Assembly: GCA_038060895.1 (NCBI GenBank)
Contig: JBBTCT010000018.1
Span: 46,928-110,927 of the forward strand
Reading direction: 5' to 3'
Length of the DNA: 64,000 nucleotides
DNA from: Planctomycetota bacterium
GTDB lineage: Bacteria; Planctomycetota; MHYJ01; WSZJ01
A model generated the notes under the pieces. The model was not told where the DNA came from. It was given only the letters and a program-made list of their open reading frames with translations, and did no database searches. Positions 57,747-64,000 of the stretch are shown here, one piece after another. A program made the translations under genes and the position numbers. Each line of letters begins with the position of its first letter. Within the stretch, counting starts at the first letter, position 1.

Positions 57747-59732
57747 CTACGTTGCCCGGAGGACCTCCTCGATAGCGTCCGGGTTGTCCACGCTGGCAAC
57801 GTCGCCAAGGTCCTGGCCCAGGAACTTCTTCTTGATCACGCCGCGGACGATCTTCGCCGAGCGCGTCTTGGGGAGCATTCGGACGAACTTCACGAGTTCC
57901 GGACGAAGGGTCTTCCCGAGGTGCTTGACGACCTGTTCCGACAGTTCTCTCCGGAGCTTCTCGGTCGGCTCGAAACCCTTCTTCAAGACGGCGAAACAGA
58001 CGAGCGCTTCACCCTTGATGTCGTGCGGAACGCCGATTGCCGCGGCCTCCGTGACGGCGGGGTGCTCCATGAGGGCCGCTTCCACCTCGGCCGGACCCGT
58101 TCGCTTGCCCGCGATCTTGATGGTGTCGTCGGAGCGGCCGAAGAGGAACCAGAATCCGTCCTCGTCGATCTTGGCCCAGTCGCCGTGGTACCAGACGTTT
58201 GGCCACTTCGAGAAGTAGGTGTCGAGGTAGCGTTGCGGGTCCTTGAGGAATCCCTTGGTCATCGAGGGAGCGGGCTTCTTGCACACCAGGTGCCCGATGC
58301 CGCCGCGGATCGGCTGGCCGGCCTCGTCGAAGACATCGACGTCCATGCCGAGGCCCGGGCCGCGAAGGGTGCAGGGCTTGAGGGGCGTGATGGGAAGCGG
58401 AGCGAGGAGACAGCCGACGATTTCGGTCCCGCCGCTGATATTGATGATGGGGCAGCGCGTGCCTCCGACGTTTCTGAAGAACCAGGACCAGGACTCGGGG
58501 TCCCAGGTTTCGCCGGTCGAGCCCAGGATGCGCAGGGTGGAGAGATCGTGTCGCTTGACCCATTCCTCGCCGTGAGTCATGAGGAGGCGGACCGCGGTCG
58601 GGGAGATCCCGAGGTGCGAGACGCGCTGGTCCTCGACGATGTCCCAGAGGCGGTCGGGCTGGGGGTAGTCGGGCGCGCCTTCGTAGATGACGAGCGTCGC
58701 GCCGAAGAATGTGACGCCGATCATTTCCCACGGGCCCATCATCCACCCGATGTCGGTCACCCAGAAGAAGACCGAGTCCGGCTTGACGTCGAAATAGTAG
58801 CCGAGTTCCTTGGCCATCTGGGCGAGGCACCCGGCATGAGTGTGGACCGTTCCCTTCGGTTTTCCGGTCGTGCCGCTCGTGTAGATGATGAGCGACCGGT
58901 CCTCGGCTTCGAGCGTCGCCGTTTTGCAGTTCGTGACGGCGCGACCGACGATTTCGTGCCACCACAAGTCGCGTCCCCGCGTCCACGGGCAATCCGCGCC
59001 GAGGCGGCGCAGCACGATCATATGCGCGAGCAGGGGACACTCCTTCGCCGCCTCGTCCGCTTCCTTCTTGATCGCGACCGCCTTGCCGCGCCGCACGCCG
59101 TAGTCCGCCGTGATCAGGACCCTGACCTCGGCGTCCTGCAACCGCACCGCTAGGGCCTTCGCGCCGAAGGCGCTGAAGATCGGGACCGCGACCGCGCCGA
59201 TCTTCAGGCACGCAAAAAACGCCGCGACAACCTCGGGCACCATCGGCATGTAGATCCCGACCGCGTCCCCCTTTCCGATGCCCAGCTCCTTCAACGCCGC
59301 CGCGCAGCGGCAGACTTCGTCGTTCAGCTCCTGGTAGGTCCACTTGCGCACATGCCCGTCGTCCATCACGCCAACCAGCGCTGTGTTCCCCGCCCGCTTC
59401 GACAGGTGCCGGTCGATGCAGTTGTCCACGATGTTCAGCTGCCCGCCCACGAACCACTTCGCCCAGGGGAAGCCCTTCGAGTCGTCCAGCACCTTCCGGT
59501 ACGTCGCCTGCCAGTTCACGCCGAGGTCCTTCAGGCACGCTTCCCAGAACCACGAGACATCGGCGGAGCAGCGGCGGATCAGGTCGTCGTAGGTGGCAAT
59601 GCCGTGCTTCTTCATGAAGCGCGTGATGTTGGCGTCGGCGACAGCCTTCTCGGTCGGCTTCCAGACGATCTGCGCGGCCGCGGGCGCTGCAGGACTCTTC
59701 GCGCCAGGTGACGGTTTCGACTTCTTGCTCAT
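57747..59732 (-). CDS. acs: acetyl-CoA synthetase-like AMP-forming ligase
   Basis: YTSGTTGKPKG, TDIGWMMG, SGGTE, GRSDD, LPKTRSAKI. Confidence 0.9.
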   Translation of the reverse strand: MSKKSKPSPGAKSPAAPAAAQIVWKPTEKAVADANITRFMKKHGIATYDDLIRRCSADVSWFWEACLKDLGVNWQATYRKVLDDSKGFPWAKWFVGGQLNIVDNCIDRHLSKRAGNTALVGVMDDGHVRKWTYQELNDEVCRCAAALKELGIGKGDAVGIYMPMVPEVVAAFFACLKIGAVAVPIFSAFGAKALAVRLQDAEVRVLITADYGVRRGKAVAIKKEADEAAKECPLLAHMIVLRRLGADCPWTRGRDLWWHEIVGRAVTNCKTATLEAEDRSLIIYTSGTTGKPKGTVHTHAGCLAQMAKELGYYFDVKPDSVFFWVTDIGWMMGPWEMIGVTFFGATLVIYEGAPDYPQPDRLWDIVEDQRVSHLGISPTAVRLLMTHGEEWVKRHDLSTLRILGSTGETWDPESWSWFFRNVGGTRCPIINISGGTEIVGCLLAPLPITPLKPCTLRGPGLGMDVDVFDEAGQPIRGGIGHLVCKKPAPSMTKGFLKDPQRYLDTYFSKWPNVWYHGDWAKIDEDGFWFLFGRSDDTIKIAGKRTGPAEVEAALMEHPAVTEAAAIGVPHDIKGEALVCFAVLKKGFEPTEKLRRELSEQVVKHLGKTLRPELVKFVRMLPKTRSAKIVRGVIKKKFLGQDLGDVASVDNPDAIEEVLRAT

Positions 59733-59800
59733 GGCGACGAAGGATAGCGCGGGCTTCGCGGGGGGCGGAAGCAAAACGGAAGTCAGAGCGCGCGAAGAAT

Positions 59801-59889
59801 TCGAGTGTCGTCGGGGGTCCGACCTCGCGCCCCGCCGTCGAGTTATTCCGACGGCGGGATGCGAGGTCCGACCGTGTGACGGCGCTCGA
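59801..59889. repeat. intergenic hairpin (loop AGTTATTC), homologous to 2893-3013
   Basis: ggtccgacctcgc..cgccgtcg-agttattc-cgacggcg..gcgaggtccgacc. Confidence 0.85.
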
Positions 59890-59904
59890 TTGTTTCGGGC
59901 GCTC

Positions 59905-62043
59905 TCACCGCAGCTGACGGATTAACTCCTCCGGTGTCGAGATGGGGAGCCCGCAGGTCTCGCCGACGCAAACCCATGCTCGGGCCTTGTCGCCGGGCTC
60001 TCGGCCGAAAAAGAGAGGGATCTCCTTCGCTTCGTCCGTCGCGCCCGTTGCGAAGGCGATCACGCGATTGGGGCACCAGGCTTTTCTCGCGGCCGTGGCA
60101 AGCGCTTCGAAATCGGGCGAGCCCGGCTTTCCGCTGATGACGATCTCGCGACGGTCGCGCAGCAGGAAGGCGGCGGCTTTCAGCATCTCGGGCTGGGCGA
60201 GGGCCGCACCCTCGAGCCGGTCGCGGAAGATGCCCATGGCCTTCGCGGCCCTTTGACGCAGTGCGTCATCATCCGTGAACTCCGCGAGGCGCAGCAGGGT
60301 CATGCAGGCGACGGAAATGCCGGAAGGGACGGCGCCGTCGTAGGCGTCCTTGCGGCGGGCGATGAGCTTTTGCTGGTCGGTCGCCGTCGAGAAAAACGCG
60401 CCTCCGTCGGCGTCTTCGAAAAGGCGGATCATTTCCGTGGCAAGCCGGCGCGCTTCGCGGAAGTACTCGAGCTTGCCGGTGGCTTCATACAGGTCGAAAA
60501 GGGCGGCCGAGAACATCGCGTAGTCGTCGAGGAACCCGGTGACCGTCATCGCGCCCTGCCGGTACCCGCGCAGGAGCCGGCCGTCTTTGACGCATTGCGT
60601 CATCAGGAAGCGCGCGGCCTTCTCCGCGGCGTCGCGGTACCTCGGCTCGCCGAGCGCGCCGGAAGCGTACGAGAGCGCGGAGATCATGAGGCCGTTCCAC
60701 GCGACCAGGATCTTGTCGTCCAGGTGCGGCGGAATGCGCTTCTTGCGCGCTTCGTAGAGTTGCGCTTTCGCCGGCTTGAAGCGCTTCTCCGATTCTTCGT
60801 CGTAATTCGGGACATGGAGCGCCGAAGTGCCGTGCTCGAAGTTTCCGTCCTTTGTGACCCCGAAGTAGGAGCAGAACGCAGCGCCTTTTTCGTTTCCCAG
60901 GATTTCCGAGATCTGCGCGGGAGTCCAGACGAAGAATTTCCCTTCCTCCCCCTCGCTGTCGGCGTCGGTCGCGCACCAGAACGCCCCCTCCGGCGCGAGC
61001 ATCTCGCGCAGGACATAGTCGAAGACCTCGCGGGAGATGCGCTCGTAGTACGCGTTCCCCGTCACGACGGCTGCTTCGGCGTACACACGGGCGAGCTGGG
61101 CGTTGTCGTAGAGCATTTTCTCGAAGTGGGGGATGAGCCAGTGTTCGTCGGTGGAGTACCGCGCGAATCCGCCCCCCGCCTGGTCGTAAATGCCCCCGCG
61201 CGCCATGGAGTCGAGCGTCTTCGTCACGACGTTCATCGCGGCCTTGTCATCCTTCGCTTCGCGCAGCAGGTACCCGAGCGCCATCGCGGGCGGGAATTTG
61301 GGCGCGCTCCCGAAGCCGCCATTGTCGGGATCGAACCGCGCGAGGATTTGTTTTACGGCCGCAGGCAGAAGCTTCGCATCCAGGTCAGTCGGGCCGTCCG
61401 GCTTGCCCGTGTTAGCGAGGTACTGGACGAGCATGTCCCCCTGCTTCTCGATCTCGTCGCGCTTTTCGCCCCACAGGGTGTGAATGCGATCCAGCAGCGT
61501 CGGGAACCCCGGCCGTCCGTGGCGGTCGTCCGGCGGAAAATACGTCCCGGCGAAGAACGGTTTCCCTTCGGGCGTCAGGAAGACGCTCATCGGCCAGCCT
61601 CCGCCGCCGTTGTTCATCGCCTGCACGGCTTCCATGTAGATCTCATCCACGTCCGGTCGTTCCTCGCGATCAACCTTGATCGAAACAAAGTACTCGTTGA
61701 GGATTTTCGCGGTGTCCTCGTTCTCGAAGCTCTCGCGCTCCATCACGTGGCACCAGTGGCAGGTGCTGTATCCGACGCTCAGGAAGACCGGCTTTCCCTC
61801 TTTCTTCGCCTTCGCGAACGCTTCATCTCCCCACGGGTACCAGTCCACCGGGTTGTGCGCGTGCTGCAACAGGTAGGGGCTCTTCTCCTTCGCCAGGCGG
61901 TTCGTGTGCTTGTGCGGCACGGGAGTCTCCTCGGGTGTTGCGGCTTCGGCGGGCGCCGGCCCGGCATCCTGTTTCGGCGGAGGGTCGCAGGCGGACAGAA
62001 GCGCCGCGAGCAGGGCCGACCCGATGCCACGTAACGAGGCCAT
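59905..62043 (-). CDS. YyaL/SSP411 thioredoxin-domain lipoprotein
   Basis: [39 protein letters not shown]. Confidence 0.93.
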   Translation of the reverse strand: MASLRGIGSALLAALLSACDPPPKQDAGPAPAEAATPEETPVPHKHTNRLAKEKSPYLLQHAHNPVDWYPWGDEAFAKAKKEGKPVFLSVGYSTCHWCHVMERESFENEDTAKILNEYFVSIKVDREERPDVDEIYMEAVQAMNNGGGGWPMSVFLTPEGKPFFAGTYFPPDDRHGRPGFPTLLDRIHTLWGEKRDEIEKQGDMLVQYLANTGKPDGPTDLDAKLLPAAVKQILARFDPDNGGFGSAPKFPPAMALGYLLREAKDDKAAMNVVTKTLDSMARGGIYDQAGGGFARYSTDEHWLIPHFEKMLYDNAQLARVYAEAAVVTGNAYYERISREVFDYVLREMLAPEGAFWCATDADSEGEEGKFFVWTPAQISEILGNEKGAAFCSYFGVTKDGNFEHGTSALHVPNYDEESEKRFKPAKAQLYEARKKRIPPHLDDKILVAWNGLMISALSYASGALGEPRYRDAAEKAARFLMTQCVKDGRLLRGYRQGAMTVTGFLDDYAMFSAALFDLYEATGKLEYFREARRLATEMIRLFEDADGGAFFSTATDQQKLIARRKDAYDGAVPSGISVACMTLLRLAEFTDDDALRQRAAKAMGIFRDRLEGAALAQPEMLKAAAFLLRDRREIVISGKPGSPDFEALATAARKAWCPNRVIAFATGATDEAKEIPLFFGREPGDKARAWVCVGETCGLPISTPEELIRQLR

Positions 62044-62114
62044 TCGTGAAACGTCCTCTACCAGCAGATCGGTGTCAACGCAAACCTCGGCGGCACGTAT
62101 ATTTCAGGCACCCC

Positions 62115-63386
62115 ATGAGAAAAATCCTCTTCCTGGTCCTTTGCGCGCTCCCCGCCCTCGCGGACGACGCTTCCGAGCTTTCCGACCGGCTGAAGAAGCT
62201 GCAGTCTGAGGAAGCGACGCGGCGGCTGCCGCTGGCGGAGCACTGTGCGAAGTGCAAGATGTGGAAGGAGGCGAACGCGGAGTATGCGCGGCTGATCGAG
62301 CTGGCACCGGACAACGCTTCGGTCCAGGAGAAGGCAAAGAAAGCCGCTGAGATGGCGGAGATTTCGCAGGCGCGACCGGCGAAAGGGGAGCAGGAGGCGT
62401 ACAAGTCGGGGCAGGCGGCGCTGGGCAGGGACATGTCGAAGAAGTACTGGGACCTGGCGTTGTGGGCGGCGGGGAAGGCGCTGCGGGAGGACGCGGAGCG
62501 GATCGCGGGGATGGCGGAGCGGCTGGACGAAGGGATGGGGATCGGGGAATCGCCGCAGGCGAAAAAGTTCTACGACGCGCTGTACCCGGACGGTGACGAG
62601 CGCAAGAAGGCCGTGGACGTGCTCAACGAGTACCGGAAGAAATGCGGCCTGCCGCCCTGCGTGTTCAGCGCGACGATTTCGGTGGGCGCGCAGCGCCACG
62701 CGGAATACCTCGTGAAGAACGAGGGCCATCCTTCGACCGAGGGACTGGGCGCGCACAACGAAGATCCGAAGCTGCCGGGGTACACGCCCGAGGGCGAGCA
62801 CGCCGGCGGCGCAAGCGACATCGGCCAGATTTCGCCCGTGCCGAGCATGATCAACATGCTCGGGACCTTCTATCACCGGATCCCGCTTCTGAGCCCCCGT
62901 CTCAAGAAGGTCGGGATCGGCTGGCAGCTCAAGCCGGACTCGACCGATCATGGCTGGTGCGTGATCGACTGCGGCTCGGGCGTCGGGCCGAGAAATGACA
63001 AGCTGCTGGAGCTGGTGGCCTACCCCGCGCCGGGCGCGAAAAACGTCCAGAGGGCGTTCGACAACGAGCTTCCCGACCCGATCCCGCAGGGCGAGGACGA
63101 CAAGAATGGAGAGGCGATCACCCTCTCGTGGTTCGGGGAAGGACAGATTTCAGGCGGCGAGATGGAAGTCAAGGTCAACGGGGCCGTGGTTGAAGGATGG
63201 TTCTCGACCCGCGAGAAGCCTGCGCGCAAGGACCACGGAAACGGCAATTCGCTGTGTTTCATCCCGAAAGACGTGCTGCCTCCGAATGCGAAAGTCGAGG
63301 TGAATGCGAAGACTTCGATCGAGGGGAAACCCGTGACGAAGAGCTGGAGTTTCACGACCGGAACGCAGGAGCACGACGCCTATTAG
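62115..63386 (+). CDS. exported CAP-domain protein with N-terminal TPR-like and C-terminal Ig-like regions
   Basis: LNEYR..GL, AQRHAEY, AHNEDP..PGYTPEG, FYHRIPLL, WSFTT. Confidence 0.85.
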   Translation: MRKILFLVLCALPALADDASELSDRLKKLQSEEATRRLPLAEHCAKCKMWKEANAEYARLIELAPDNASVQEKAKKAAEMAEISQARPAKGEQEAYKSGQAALGRDMSKKYWDLALWAAGKALREDAERIAGMAERLDEGMGIGESPQAKKFYDALYPDGDERKKAVDVLNEYRKKCGLPPCVFSATISVGAQRHAEYLVKNEGHPSTEGLGAHNEDPKLPGYTPEGEHAGGASDIGQISPVPSMINMLGTFYHRIPLLSPRLKKVGIGWQLKPDSTDHGWCVIDCGSGVGPRNDKLLELVAYPAPGAKNVQRAFDNELPDPIPQGEDDKNGEAITLSWFGEGQISGGEMEVKVNGAVVEGWFSTREKPARKDHGNGNSLCFIPKDVLPPNAKVEVNAKTSIEGKPVTKSWSFTTGTQEHDAY

Positions 63387-63408
63387 CCACATTGCCTGGA
63401 GAGAGATC

Positions 63409-64000
63409 ATGAAACGCCTTCTCGCCCTCGTGTTCGCCAGCTTGTCCGCCGCCGTCCTCCTCGCCGAGGACGCCGCTTCCGAGTACGCGAAGCGCGCGAA
63501 GAAGCTTGCCGACGAAGAAGGCCTGAGCCATGTCTCGCTGGCGACGCACTGCGAGAACGCAAAGATGTGGAAGGAAGCGGTGGAGCACTGGTCCTGCGTG
63601 ATGGATTTCTTCCCCGACAACAAGGAAGGCGCGGAGCATCTGAAGAAGGCGGAGGAGCGCGCGGACCTGGTGGTCAGCCGGCCTTCGGCGGCCGATGCGG
63701 CGACGTATGCGAACGGACTGGCGTCGATGAAGAAGACGATGGCGAAGAAGTGGCGCGATCTGGGTGCGTGGGCAAAGTCGAAGGGGCTGGAGGGGGAGGA
63801 AGCCGAGGCGACTTCCCGCGCTGAGGACTTCGAGGCGGTGAAGAAGACGTCGAACTCTCCCAAGCAGGCGGCGATCGACCTCCTGAACCGGGAGCGGAAG
63901 AAGCTGAAGCTGGCGCCGGTGGAACTGGGGCCGGAGCTGTCGGACGGGGCGCAGAAACATGCCGACTACCTGATCAAGAATGACGCGCACCCCACGACGA
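63409..64000 (+). CDS. paralogue of the upstream CAP-domain protein (partial)
   Basis: MKRLLALVFA signal; LATHCENAKMWKEA, LNRERKKLKL, GAQKHADYL match the previous gene. Confidence 0.85.
   Translation, partial: MKRLLALVFASLSAAVLLAEDAASEYAKRAKKLADEEGLSHVSLATHCENAKMWKEAVEHWSCVMDFFPDNKEGAEHLKKAEERADLVVSRPSAADAATYANGLASMKKTMAKKWRDLGAWAKSKGLEGEEAEATSRAEDFEAVKKTSNSPKQAAIDLLNRERKKLKLAPVELGPELSDGAQKHADYLIKNDAHPTT

Overview
High-GC bacterial chromosomal window; gene content and intergenic repeats are suggestive of a Planctomycetota-like genome, which is inference only. Housekeeping content: purB/purM/purF, a Ni/Co transporter, tatA, LPS glycosyltransferases and kinase, dapB, HU/IHF, a CopA-type ATPase, pepA, a nuoA-H/J-N operon lacking nuoI, an acetyl-CoA synthetase, a YyaL-like protein and CAP-domain proteins. 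A ~12 kb satellite-like (PICI/P4-like) element is integrated in tRNA-Thr(TGT), with 45-bp att repeats, candidate arm sites, integrase, primase-DUF3987 replicase with iterons, HicAB and unknown cargo. Four features stand out and none appears in the ORF track as described here. (1) An 82-aa two-TM membrane protein with an in-frame UGA in a CxxU motif and a SECIS-like hairpin, a candidate selenoprotein (34548-34796). (2) A STAS domain fused in frame to adenylosuccinate lyase PurB, near a STAS/Zn-ribbon/anti-sigma-like protein and a stand-alone MshEN protein. (3) A family of ~90-125 nt intergenic hairpins with covariation and a conserved loop. (4) A probable non-canonical AUC start for nuoH. All calls are from manual reading; no searches were run.
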